64,000 nt of DNA from Vitrella brassicaformis CCMP3155 (taxonomy: Eukaryota; Protista; Chromerida), in contig CDMY01000027.1 in NCBI GenBank assembly GCA_001179505.1, positions 143,948-207,947 of the forward strand, given 5' to 3'. Each line of letters opens with the position of its first letter. Positions within the stretch are counted from its first letter, which is position 1. The position numbers and the translations under genes were made by a program. The notes under the pieces were generated by a model. That model made no database searches. It was not told the DNA's origin and saw only the letters and a program-made list of their open reading frames with translations. Positions 48,044 through 61,500 of this stretch are shown piece after piece.

Positions 48044-48953
48044 GCAATGCAATACACATGGCCACACACACACTCGACGGACATCACATGCTGACTTCCC
48101 CGTTATGTGTCCTTTTCCATCAGTGTATGGTGAGTGACATCCAATGGGGGGCGTGTAAAGGAGAGAGGGGGGCCTGCCATGGCCTGGTTGTCTTCCTCTG
48201 TAAGTACGTGACTTTCGGTCACTCTTCAGTCAGTCAGTCATCAGTGGGGGAAGGAGTGAGTGAGTGGATCAGCTCAGCTCAGACCATGTCGGGCCAGCCG
48301 GCCGGCGCAGCCATCCATCCCCCCATTCGTCGCTGAGATGGATGGAGTGCGCCTTTTTCCGTTGTGTATAGCTAAGTAGCCAGCCGGCTGCCATGCCAGC
48401 AGCCCTGCCTATCGACAACACAACACGCACATACAGACACTTATTGCGGACGCACTTATGCATTATGTATGTGCACCATACCTTCATACCATACCTCCGG
48501 TGTGTGTGTGTGTGTGAGGCCCACCCACCCCACCCGCCATGGCCATGACTGGTTTAATTAAAGGACGGACAGGCAGGCAACGCTGACGGACGGGGACAGT
48601 GACGACGTTTTTGTGTGTCGGTGTCGGTGTGTGTGTCCATCCATCTCTCTGTCTGGGTGCGTGTGCGTATTTGTGACGAACATGGCTGTGGTGGTGGTTC
48701 GACAATGCAGAGCCACGCCACGGCCTGTTATCTAATCCGTAATTGAATGAAGCCTTCCTTGCTGCGTGTGAAAACACCACATTCAGTCAATCACGACAGC
48801 AGATGTATCGATGCGCGTCTCTTCACATGTAATCAGTCCCCACGAGCCAAGCGCGAATAAAGGCGACATGCAGACCCCAATCAATCAGTCCGTCTGTAAC
48901 ATATGGAGCTATGTCCCCTATCTATTCACGTGTGTATCTATCTGTCGTGTCGT

Positions 48954-50748
48954 CTATGGCGTCTGGCCATCGAGAAAGACGGGCGCGATGAAGCCGAGTG
49001 ACCGCCGAGCCAGCCATGCCGAGCGCCGATACCTGGCCGGGAGGGGGTCGCCCGGATTGCCTACCGGCTGCTCTGTCGTCGCCAGAACGACTTTCACTGA
49101 CACAGAGAGAGACAACAGGGCCTGCTTGCACGAGACGCCGTTGGCTTTGCCCTTCCCCTCCCTCCGCTCACCGGTCTGACGGATGTCAGCTGCGACACAG
49201 AAGTTGATCCATACTATGAATGGGTCGTCGAACGCCGTCAGCAGATGAGTCTGATATGCAGACCCATCATCCCACTCCCCCGTCACGACGGCTGTGCATC
49301 CCTCCAGCGATGTGTGGGGCGACCGCGTCAGCAGGCCGTCCAAATAACCACCCCTCGCCCCACTACATACACACATACACACATGCAAGGACGGAGAACA
49401 CGCTGCTTCTCCCATGTATGACGCTACGTCCCCTTCCCCCACATGACGTACCGATCGATATTCATCTCCGTGGTGTGGAACTCGACGCCACTGCTGTAGT
49501 AATGCGAGTTGATGACATCCACGATGAAGGCGCTGCCCGATGCGAAGATGAAGTCAGCCCCGCCTGCCACCCACTCCCCGTCCTCCTCGGTGTCATAATA
49601 GATTGTCGACCGGACGGGAGGGTCGTCGTGCTTCATGTGCTGCTGTAAGGGGTGCTGCTGCAGGGGGTGCAGGTGGTCGGTGGGGAGGGGCGGGTTGAGG
49701 GTGAGGACGAACTCGGGCTCGTCGCGGATGGCTCGGATCTCGTGGTGGTGGGGTCGTGGAACAGCTCGAAGGTGCCGGCCTGCTGGCCATCAGCGCGGCG
49801 GAAGACGACATGGCGACCGACGATCACCCACTGGGCTGTCACACGGGGCATTGACAAATAGGCCTGACACACACAGATGCAGACACACGCCCATATGGCT
49901 CGATTCGCCGCGTGTTTGTGTGCTCCCTTACCGTCTTGGTGTTGTGCTTTTGGAGATCTCCAGCATCTATAGTGATGGGCAGCTGACAGTACCCCAGCTG
50001 CCCCGCAAACCGCAGCCCGTTCCCCACCTCCCCCCACCGGCCCCCCTCCTCCATCAGCCACAGGGCCTTCGTCACACCGCCGTCGCCCAGCTGAGGAGCG
50101 AACCGCACCACACCCGTCAGACCCGCCTTGTCGACGGCGTCGGTCAGCCGGCTGCGGAGGGCATCTCGGATGTGGCTCCTGATCAGTCGCGCGGTCGTCC
50201 TGAGGCGGCCCACGCCCGTCAGGTCTGTGGATGTCTGCAAACGAGCCATGGCGTCGGCCGGGAGGTCCTTCAACTTGGCCTGACCAAGGCAAACGAACAC
50301 ACAACAGACACGCGATTGGTGACACGCGACACACGAATCACTCGCGTGTATCGTGTCACGGTTTGGCTGACCGATGCGCCAGTGCGCGGCTGAGGGAAGG
50401 TGGCCGACTTGACAAGCGCCTTCAGCGTGGCCTTCAGCTTGGCATACTGATGCAATGCGGCTATCATGTGAAGCGAACAATCCTGCATGCGTGACACACA
50501 CACACACAGCGGCAGGGGCGTGTGTATCCGCCCTTGTTCTGCCGATGTCGCTTCGTGAGTGCTGCCTGCCTCTGGGCGTACGTACCTGCGATGAGAGTGC
50601 TGATGGGTCCAGTGCGGACAGGCGGTACATCAGGCAGCTGATCTGCATGAGAAGAGAAAACAAGCGTGGCCTGGCTTCCGGTGAGGCTGCCGATGGATCA
50701 ATTCCATGCTTGCTGACCTCCGAATGCTCCTGTTCGAGCCCAGTCATG
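48954..50748 (-). pseudogene. Hypothetical lineage-family protein with apparent frameshift near 49750
   Basis: Exons ...AKLKDLPADAMARL...GQLGYCQLPITIDAGDL | AYLSMPRVTAQWVIVGRHVVFRRADGQQAGTFELFHD; coding-like sequence resumes in a shifted frame (HEIRAIRDEPEFVLTLNPPLP...PPVRSTIYY) then ...TAFDDPFIVWI... Confidence 0.5.
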
Positions 50749-52249
50749 GTGGGCGCTCGTAGTGGGTGCATTTTTGCGCTCCTTCTCCCTCCAAGCGTTA
50801 CACGGGACACACTGCGATCATGACGGCCACCATCCTGACATCGATCATGGAAGACAGCGGGTGTGATGCGGTGGGGGAGGGAGGGACGCCCCATAAGCGA
50901 CGCAGGGTGGAGCTGAGCCACGGACAGACCAATACACATGTTAGATAGTGACAGGTGGTGTTTGGTAAGCGTGTGGACTCACTCGCCTCGCTGCTGATCA
51001 GTGTGTATTGGTAGAGGTTCGTATTTCAGCTAGCTGAGCGGTATTAGGAATGCATGCATTTCTGACCGAGTGGCCGTGATTGTCCAATGGTTTCTGTGTC
51101 TCAACTGATGCCAGCTGGGTGTAGTGCAGACAGACACACAGACACGTCACACACCACTCAAAACCACCACAGCACCCAGCAAGGCGTGCAGGCAGGTATG
51201 AATACGTATCTGCGAACGGCTGGCCTTTCTCGAGGAGGCAACGTGACGGTCTATCCTCGGGAGACACTCAGACTAAGTCACTGAAAAAACAGTTTCTAGA
51301 TGGCTGTGCCATCAGGTGTGTGTGTGTGAGTGTGTATGTGCAGCCATGTGTGTGTGGATGTTGGTATGGATATCGACAAGACCAAGTGGCTCTTCACACC
51401 CGTACATACCCACATGGACTAGACCACCATGGCGGCGGGCACCATCGGCACAGAAGTGGCCGAGAAATGGCTGGGACAAACACCATGTGGCACCCACTAT
51501 GAAACGACCCGTTTCGCCGCCGCCGACAAAAAAGAGTGCAGCGCCGTACCGCACTCGTGCACAACACAGCACATCGCACCCACCACCCAGGACAGCACAC
51601 TCCACCTTGATATAAAAACACTTTTCCCCTCTCTCTTAAAGCAACCAGGAAGTACGCACGGCGACACACACCCCTGCGGTGCCGTGCCGTGCGAGCCCTC
51701 TTTGTTTACCAAAATCGTCATGGCCAAAAAGAGTCAAGACCGCAAAACCATCAATCACCGCATGTCACGGAGGAAAGACAGACAGACAGACAGACACTGG
51801 CGCGCTTCAATAAGGTGCTTCTCTCGTCAGCGAGCCGTCACAAGCGTGCGTCACTCTTCTGCAATCCAATCCTCACACACATGCAATCAAAGCGCGCATC
51901 GCATGCCATGCACCTATCTATCCTGTTGACAATAGACGAGGGCAGTAGCAAGTAGGCACGCTCCGATCCAGCCAGTGAGTTTCGACACATACATACATAC
52001 GAGTGAGTCCAGAACATAACACTCTCTCTGGCCACGCCATGGCCGCCACGATCGGACATATGGGTGGCCCAGCCCACGGTACGCACGGTGCGTTCGGTGC
52101 GTACGTACATCTGCGCACGTACACACCCTTTATCTATCTACACATACAATTCCACACACGCATACGCACACACACACACGCACACATACACACACGCAAC
52201 ACAAGACGACAAAGATAGAGCAGAGCAGAGCACGTCGACTGGTAGATAA

Positions 52250-52480
52250 ACACCAGACAACAGACAAGACAAGACAAGACTTAAGACAAAGCACCGAGAG
52301 ATGTTGAGGAAATGAGAGAACTTTGTAAAAAGTGACTGACCCAGATCAGACAGACAGACAGACACCGGATCAGAGAGAGAGAGAGAGACAGAGACGACAC
52401 ACACCACTGATAGATAAACACCGAAACATAACATAACATAACATAACAAATGACAAGACAAGACAAGACAAGACACAAAA
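52250..52480. repeat. Pentanucleotide/dinucleotide microsatellite cluster (CAAGA)n, (ATAAC)n, (GA)n
   Basis: Direct reading. Confidence 0.85.
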
Positions 52481-52591
52481 CTGCACACCGCCCTCCACAC
52501 ACATGTGATGTGCCCACAGGGCGAGGAAACCATTTCTTTCTTCATGATGCATGCACACATATATACCATCCCCTCCCAAGCAGCCCATCGC

Positions 52592-55500
52592 TTATCGCCT
52601 GAAGCTTGGCACACACCCCACAGTCATGCGCCGGCGCGTCTTGCCCCAGCCCTTGCCCTTGGTGCTGTCCACACACAGGGCGTCAAAGCGCCGGTCCTCC
52701 TCGTCCAGGCCGAAGTCACCGATGGTCGCGGGCACTGACTTGAGCAGGCTCCGCTGGCTCCTGTTGGCGACTACCACCCTCCCAATGGCAGCACCGGTCT
52801 GGGAGGAGAAGGGCAGCCTGAGCTTCCTGTACACTGTCCTGACAGAGCTGAGGGGATTGGCCATGAGGTCCTTAAAAACTACGTCAGCAAACTGGCCCTT
52901 CAGGTGGGCGTGGCGCCTCCTGAAGTCAGCCGCTGCTCTGGCGTTGGCCGCCATCTGCTGCAGCTCACTCTCGGCCAGTTTGCATACGTCGACCGCCATA
53001 AGGCCACGACGGAGAGACAGCACCTCCTCACAGCGGCCGGCGACGGTCTCGCATGCATCCCTGACAGACAACCAGACAGACACAGAAGAAAGATGATTAG
53101 ACAGACAGAAAAAGAGAGAGGATAATTGACCAACACAACACCAGCGAGCTCGCCCATCGTTGCGCTACCGGTGGGCGAAGATGATCTTTGCTCCGGGGTA
53201 GGTCGCCAAGATATCGTCAAGGTGGCCCACATGGTCCGACGACGCCAGTAGCCACTTCTTTGGCTCGCCTGCCCGCTGCCACTGCAGGTGCTGCAGGAAG
53301 GTCTTGTGGAAGGTGTAGCTCGGGTGGTTGCTCGACAGCCACGACTGGTACACGGGGGCATCGAACTGTGTGGCAAAGGAGGCAGATCGGAGCGAGTTTT
53401 CGAGAATCATTGAATCGTCAAAGGGCGTGTCGGCTGTGAGGGTGCCGAGGCGGGTCAGGTAGTCGTTGGTCGAGAACATCAAATCCATGGCCTCCTGGGC
53501 AGCAACAAGCCGTGTCTGAGAATCCTGGACAGACAGACACAAGTCAGACAGATAGACAGACAGACAGACGATCAGCATGAAGGTCATGCACATGAACGCC
53601 ATATTGCCATCAATAACGTCCACCCACTCACCTCTTGGGGGGATGCACCCTGCACGTACTCGCCCTGCTCGCCAAATGGGTATAGCATCTCGCTGAATGT
53701 CGGTGCCCGGTTGGCCTCATCGCAGGCCAGCAGCTGCTGCACGAGTGACACGGAGACTCGGTCGAAACCCACAACGAAGATGGGCTGCTCTATCTGCTGG
53801 CGAAGGATGGCGGGGTGGCTGTGGGCCTCGGCCATGTAGAGCAGGTTGCAGAAGGCCTGGCGGACCCTTTGGCTCAGCAGGAACCTGCCCAGGAAGGACA
53901 TGTCCTTGCCCTCCGGCAGGGCCGACTTCACCAAGACATCAGCAGCCGCGAGCACATCTTCCTCGGAGAGCACCAGCTGCTCCAGTCCTGTCTGTTGCCG
54001 CGCCATGTCGAGGAGCTCCTGAGGGTCCAGAGGGATGGCATTGGCATCGTCTGACGGCGAGGCGACAGTGGAGGAATCGCCGTCAGATCCGCCGGGCTTG
54101 GCCAGTCGCTGGCGAAGGCTCTTGGCAGCCTTCTGCATCATCTTCTGCATCATCACCTCCATGGTGTCCCATACGAAGGGCTCGCGCTTCCACGTGGAAG
54201 AGACAGGGTTGTCGAGGCGTTCGCGGCCCAGGCCGCCGGCACGTGCCTCAACGACGACGTACGCGTTGGCGCCTGCCATTCCAAAATTGCTGGCACTACC
54301 AATGAGCGTGCCAGTGTGCTTGGTCTCTTCTGTGGGCTCAACTTTGACGCCTCCTCCCCCTTGGATCGGCAGGACGAAGGGGAAGTCTCCAGGGCTGTCG
54401 ATGTCGATGTGTGGGTTGAGCTGACTGAGATGAAGGTTGGGCGGCGCCATGCCGTGGCGCAAGGTGAGGACGACCTTTATGAGGCTCGTGATCCCCGATG
54501 CGGCCTCGGGGTGGCCCACGGTGCTCTTAAAGGCGCCCAACACAAGCGGCGATGAAGCAGGCCTCTTGCGGAACACGGCCCTTAGGGCCCCGACCTCGAT
54601 CGCGTCACCCATAAGCGTGCCGGTCCCGTGCACTTCGGCAAACGAGAGCGCGCTGGGCGGCAGGCCGGCCTCTTTCAGTGCCTCGCGGATGACGACTTGC
54701 TGCGCCGGTCCCGAGGGAGCGGTGAGGCTCGCGCCACAGTTGTGGTTGGCAGCGCTACCGCGGATCAATGCGTACGGCTCGACGTCGCCAGACGGGTCGA
54801 GACGCTGAAGGAACGCAGCCGTCACACCTTCGGCGCGAACGTAGCCGTTGGCACCCGAATCGAATGTTTTGCAGCGGCCGTCGATGCTCAGCATCTGGGC
54901 CCTGAGAGAGGACACACACGAGCAAGCAAACAAGGGTCAAGTAATATCTTTCCAGTATCCTTACCTGCAATCGGCTATGTAGGCATGTTGTGAGAGGATG
55001 AGATTGACGCCGCCACACAGTGCACCCTCTCTGCATGCGTCCGCCGAGAGCAGTGCCTTAACGCCGAGGTCGACAGCGATGAGGGACGAGGAGCAGCCCG
55101 TGTCGACAGAAAGCGACGGCCCCTTGAGACCGAAGATGTAGCTGATGCGATTCGACAGTAGGCAAGATGCGGTGCCCATAGTGGAGAACCTTGATGCTTC
55201 GTGCTGCATTAAGCACCAATCCTGCGACATGGACCCGACGTAGACGCCGATGCTCTTCCCATTCAGGGCTTGCAACTTGCCGCTGCCGAACACTCCAGCG
55301 CTGTGGAATGCCTCGTAGCTGACCTCCAGCAGAAGTCTCTGCTGAGGGTCCATGAACTTAGCCTCGAGGGGCGCGATCCGGAAGAACTGGTTGTCAAAGA
55401 GCTCCACGCCATCGATGAAGGCACCCGCCTTCGTGTAGTAGCTGTCAGGCACCTGGCCCGTCGGGTCGTACCACAGATCCGCATTCCACCGCGCTCTGGG

Positions 55501-58500
55501 GATCGTGGTGACGCAATCGCGCCCCTCACACATCACCCGCCAGAAGCTCCCCAGCGAGTCAACGCCACCGGGCAATCGGCAGGCCAGACCCATGATGGCG
55601 ATTGGCGGGCTTCCGCCGCGACTGTCGAGAGCCTGCACTTTGACCCTGTCGTCGACGGCAGGCATCTCGTCCGCCGCGCCAGAGATCTCATTGCAGATGA
55701 AGCCGATGATGGCGTTCAGAGTGGGGTAGTCGAACAGAGTGGTGGCGGGCAGCTTGACGCCGATCTTGGACGACAAGGCATTTCTGAACTCGACAGCGCC
55801 GAGTGAGTCGATGCCCAGCTCCTGCAGAGGCGAGTCCAGGGGAGGCTCTTCCGTCATGCCAAGCACCGTCGCAGCCGTCTCCACGACTGCCTTGTGGATG
55901 CGCTCTTTGAGAGCCGCCGCGTCCATGCTGCGCAGCTCGGCAGACACGCCTGCAGCCGCGCCTTCGGTGGCAGCCGACGCCACCGTCTCGAAGAAGGGCG
56001 GGATGGCAATATACATCGACAGGAAGGTTTGCCACTTGACGAGAGCACAGCACGTCACCCCGACGCTCTCAGAGTGCCGCATGACGTCGCCGAGCACCCG
56101 AAGGCCGAGCTCGTTGGTGATGCCGCGCATTCCCCCCTTGGCGAGCTGCTGCATCATTTCGGCCGCCATGCCCTGTTCTGCCCACGGGCCCCACTGGATG
56201 CTCTGGGCGGCGAGCTTCTTGGATCGGCGGTACTCAGTCAGGGCATCCAGACACGAGTTGGCCGCAGAGTAGTTGGCTGGACGAAGGCCGAAGAACGAAG
56301 ACATCGACGAGAACATCACAAAATGGTCGAGTGGAAGCTTCGTGTCGACCGACAGCTCATGGAGATGCATCGCACCCATCACCTGGAAACACGGACGGAG
56401 GAGACAACAGACATGTCACTGCTCGTGAAAGCGGTAGGCAATCTCACCTTGGGCAAGTAGACCTTCTCCACCTTGGCCTGTGTCTGGTTGCTGAGGGCAG
56501 CGTCGTCAGGCACACCAGCGGCGTGAAAGATGCCCCTCACTGCGTTGTTGGGCAGTCGCTCATCCAGATCGGCGAAGGCCTTCTCACACTCGTCCTTCCT
56601 GGACACGTCTGCGGCCAAGCAGTGGATGGCCGCCTTGGAGCGGCCATGAGGTTCTGGTGCCGTCAGCTTTTTCCACAGCTCAGAGGCAGCCACCGCATCG
56701 GTCGGCCTGCCGCGCCTCGACACAAGAGCGATGTGTTTGGCTCCCTCCTCCACCAGCCAGTCGGCCACGAGGAGCCCGAGCCCCCCGAAGCCGCCCGTGA
56801 TGACGTAGCATCCGTCGATATCTGTGGTCTGGTCGGCAGTCCCATATGCCTCGTTTGCCGTGCCTGCCATCGGGCGGCGGAGGGCGCTCGGTATTTGTAT
56901 GACGACTTTGCCGATGTGCTGGGCCCTCTGCAGGAACCTGAAGGCCGCGATGCCGCCGGTTGTCTTGTCGGCGGAAGTCATGTCGAATGTGTGGAGGGCG
57001 ATGGGCTTGATCTTGCCACTGTCGACCAGGCCCCGGACGCGACCGAGCATGGCGCCGAACCACTTGGGATCTTGCTCTATCATCTGGTCGATGGCGATCG
57101 CCTCGTACATGGCCAAGTCGGGCCGCCTGGCGAGCACCTCCTCTTTGCTCCAGATGCCGCGCTTGCCCAGCTCCATGAAGCGGCCCTTGGGCGCCATGGA
57201 GTCGAGCGACAAGGGAATGAAGTCCTCGATGAGGCAGTTGAGCACCACGTCGACCTTGCTGTTGGCCTGCTGCATGTCGGCCTGGAACTTGCTGGCGTCG
57301 CGCGAGCTCGTGACGAGCTGCAGGCCCTGCTGTCGTAGGAAGTCTTGTTTGTGCTGGCTGCCCGCCGTGCCGTAGACATTGGCCCCGACGGCCCTGCAGT
57401 ACTGGATGGCCGCGAGCCCCACGCCGCCCGATGCCGCGTGCACGAGGACGTTGTCTCCCTTGGTGACCTTGGCGAGCTCTCGGAAGGCCACCTCGACGGT
57501 GACAAAGACGGTCGGCAGGGCGGCCGCCTTTTCGAAGGTCATCGATGCGGGCTTGATGGCCATCAGGTTGGCCTCCGTCGTCACGTAGGTCCGCAGGCAA
57601 CCGGGGGCCACGCCGTAGACGTCATCTCCCACACACAGATGACTCACGCCCTCCCCAACGCCCACAATCGTCCCCGAGCAGTCGCCGCCCGGCGGGCCGG
57701 GGTCGCCCGGATACAATCCCATGACGTTCAACACGTCACGGAAATTCAGACCGATCGCACGAACACGAACCTCGATGCAGCCGACACGAGGTGGAATGCG
57801 GGCCGCCTGGGCCAGTGGTCTTAGCTTGAGGTTGTTGATGGCCCCCCGCTGTGGCATGAACTGCTCAACCGCTCCCCTGATGTCCACCTTTCCCTTCTGC
57901 AATCGCGAGTAGAAGCACGCGGACTGGCTTGGGGTCTCGTCGGTCGCAGGTGTCTTGCGGAGGGCCACCTCCGGTTCGTAGCCCTCGATGCCTTTCTGCG
58001 TGTCGACCAGCACGGTAATCTGCTNNNNNNNNNNNNNNNNNNNNNNNNNNNNNNNNNNNNNNNNNNNNNNNNNNNNNNNNNNNNNNNNNNNNNNNNNNNN
58101 NNNNNNNNNNNNNNNNNNNNNNNNNNNNNNNNNNNNNNNNNNNNNNNNNNNNNNNNNNNNNNNNNNNNNNNNNNNNNNNNNNNNNNNNNNNNNNNNNNNN
58201 NNNNNNNNNNNNNNNNNNNNNNNNNNNNNNNNNNNNNNNNNNNNNNNNNNNNNNNNNNNNNNNNNNNNNNNNNNNNNNNNNNNNNNNNNNNNNNNNNNNN
58301 NNNNNNNNNNNNNNNNNNNNNNNNATGACGACTTTGCCGATGTGCTGGGCCCTCTGCATGAACCTGAAGGCCGCGACGCCGCCGGTGACTTGGTCGGCGC
58401 TGCTCATGTCGAATGTGTGCAGAGGGATGGGCTTGACCTTGCCAACATCGACCAGGCCCCGGAGGCGGTCGAGCATGCCGCCGAACCACTTGGGATCTTG

Positions 58501-61500
58501 CTCCATCATCTGGTCGATGGCGATCGCCTCGTACATGGCCAAGTCGGGACGCCTGGCCAGCACCTCCTCTTTGCTCCAGATGCCGCGCTTGCCCAGCTCC
58601 ATGAAGCGGCCCTTGGGCGCCATCGCGTCGAGCGAGAAGGGAATGAAGTCCTCGATCAGGCAGTTGAGCACCACGTCCATCTTGCTGTTGGTCTGCTTCA
58701 TGTCGGCCTGGAACTGGTTGGCGTCGCGCGAGCTCGTGACCAACTGCACGCCCTGCTGTCGCACGAAGTCTTGTTTGTGCTGGCTGCCGGCCGTGCCGAA
58801 GACGTTAGCGCCAATGTTTCTGCAGTACTGGATGGCCGCGAGCCCCACGCCGCCGCTGGCCGCGTGCACGAGGACGTTGTCTCCCTTGGTGACCTTGGCG
58901 AGCTCTCCAAAGGCGACCTCGACCGTGACAAAGACGACCGGCAGGGCGGCCGCCTCTTCCAAGGTCATGGATGCGGGCTTGAGGGCCAGCAGGTTGGCGT
59001 CCGTCGTCACGTAGGTCCGCAGGCAGCCGGGCGCCACGCCGTAGACGTCATCGCCCACACTCAGGTGACTCACGCCCTCGCCCACGCCAACCACCGTCCC
59101 CGAGCAGTCGCCCCCCGGCGGACCGGGGTCGCCAGGATACAATCCCATCACATTCAACACGTCACGGAAATTCAGTCCGACAGCACGAACACGAACCTCG
59201 ATGCAGCCCACGTGAGGCGGGATGCGGGCCGCCTGGGCCAGTGGTCTTAGCTTGAGGTTGTTGATGGCCCCCCGCTGTGGCATGAACAGCTCAACTGCTC
59301 CCCTGATGTCCACCTTTCCCTTCTGCAATCGCGAGTAGAAGCACGCGGACTGGCTTGGGGTCTCGTCGGTCGCAGGTGTCTTGCGGAGGGCCACCTCCGG
59401 TTCGTAGCCCTCGATGCCTTTCTGCGTGTCGACCAGCACGGTAATCTGCTCCAGGAATCCGTCGACGGTGTCAGGCGACGTGGGGTCGATGTCGACGCAG
59501 CCCATCTTGATGAGAGTCCCGATGTTGTTCTCCAGCTCCAGCCGTGCTGTCTTGGAGAATCCCCACAGGCCGGCGTGACGAGGCACCTCGGGCAGCGGGT
59601 CGTCGGGGAGCGCCCGCTGGGTGCCGCGAGTCACGAGCCAGATGGCAGGCAATACATCGACGTTGGTGCCCAGCTTGAGGATGACTTGTGCCATGCTGAG
59701 GGCCTCGCTGACGACCACCACTGGGTCGGATCGCTTCTCGAGGCTGCCCATGTGGAGGATGCAGTCCCACTGGCTCTTGTCAGCAAGGATCTTCTCCATG
59801 TCTATGGCGTCCGGCGTCTCGCCGCAGGCGATCAGCCGGGAATCCTTACTCATGCCGGCCTCCACGAGTCTGTTGTACAGCATCTTCTTCCATGCAGCCG
59901 GCACGCCCAAGACCAGCAATCTTGGTTCAGCGGCAGCAGCCCCCTCCTCGGCAGCAGCAGGCTCCTTGCTTGGCTCGGCCTGTTTCCACGTGACCTCCCA
60001 GAGGATGTCCCTCGGGATGCCTACGGGCGGCGTGGTGTCCATCTGCCGCAGGCTGACGTTCTTCAGGTAGGCGGCCATCCGGCCCCTGGTGTCCTGAATG
60101 ACCACATCGATGGTGGCAGCACGCTCTTCGCGCTTCAGCAGGCGGGCGTGGCTCCACAGCTCGCTCGACGGGCTCACACGCGCCAGTGAGACCCTCTCCA
60201 CCCCCGCGGGCACCAGAAGTGCCTTGGTATTCCCCTTGCCGGACTGATCGGCCGCGAGTACCGCAGCGGCTGACTGCAGCGCACCATCTAGGATGGCGGG
60301 ATGCAGCCGGAAGCCCCCCTCGAATGGCTTGATGGGCGGGTCGAGCTTGAGCAGGGCCAGAGCCTGGTCGTCCGACACCAACAGCTCCCTCACCGTCTGG
60401 AACCTCGGACCGTACGCCAAACCGATCTCCTTGAGCTGCGTGTAGAACTCTGCAACTGGGGCGACCTTGTTGCACCGGTGTTTGAGGGCCGTGAGGTCCT
60501 CCACCAGGTCTCTCTCGCCGTCCCCCGCACCCGCGACCTTGACCAAACGAGCGGTGGCATGCGGCACAAAGTCCTCCTCGCCTGGCGCCCGTGTGGAGAT
60601 CTCGACGGCCATGGGGGGCATGGCAGCGTCGGTATCGGTGGTCGGCTGCTTCTCGACGGTGACACAGAGGGTGGGNNNNNNNNNNNNNNNNNNNNNNNNN
60701 NNNNNNNNNNNNNNNNNNNNNNNNNNNNNNNNNNNNNNNNNNNNNNNNNNNNNNNNNNNNNNNNNNNNNNNNNNNNNNNNNNNNNNNNNNNNNNNNNNNN
60801 NNNNNNNNNNNNNNNNNNNNNNNNNNNNNNNNNNNNNNNNNNNNNNNNNNNNNNNNNNNNNNNNNNNNNNNNNNNNNNNNNNNNNNNNNNNNNNNNNNNN
60901 NNNNNNNNNNNNNNNNNNNNNNNNNNNNNNNNNNNNNNNNNNNNNNNNNNNNNNNNNNNNNNNNNNNNNNNNNNNGCCTTTCTGCGTGTCGACCAGCACG
61001 GTAATCTGCTCCAGGAATCCGTCGACGGTGTCAGGCGACGTGGGGTCGATGTCGACGCAGCCCATCTTGATGAGAGTCCCGATGTTGTTCTCCAGCTCCA
61101 GCCGTGCTGTCTTGGAGAATCCCCATAGGCCGGCGTGACGAGGCACCTCGGGCAGCGTGTCGTCGGGGAGCGCCCGCTGGGTGCCGCGAGTCACGAGCCA
61201 GATGGCAGGCAATACATCGACGTTGGTGCCCAGCTTGAGGATGACTTGTGCCATGCTGAGGGCCTCGCTGACGACCACCACTGGGTCGGATCGCTTCTCG
61301 AGGCTGCCCATGTGGAGGATGCAGTCCCACTGGCTCTTGTCAGCAAGGATCTTCTCCATGTCTATGGCGTCCGGCGTCTCGCCGCAGGCGATCAGCCGGG
61401 ACTCCTTACTCGTGCCGGCCTCCACGAGTCTGTTGTACAGCATCTTCTTCCATGCAGCCGGCACGCCCAAGACCAGCCACCGCGGCTCCGCAAGCCCCCC

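Noticed and set aside
50950-52590. Short ORFs in the PKS 3' intergenic region
   Set aside because: Dominated by CA/GACA/CAAGA microsatellites; no coherent exon chain or motif
52592-56000. CurM/Ols-type olefin-forming terminus
   Set aside because: That chemistry needs ACP-ST-TE after a KR-bearing module. No TE (GxSxG) or post-KS ACP is visible, and the PAPS motifs are degenerate.
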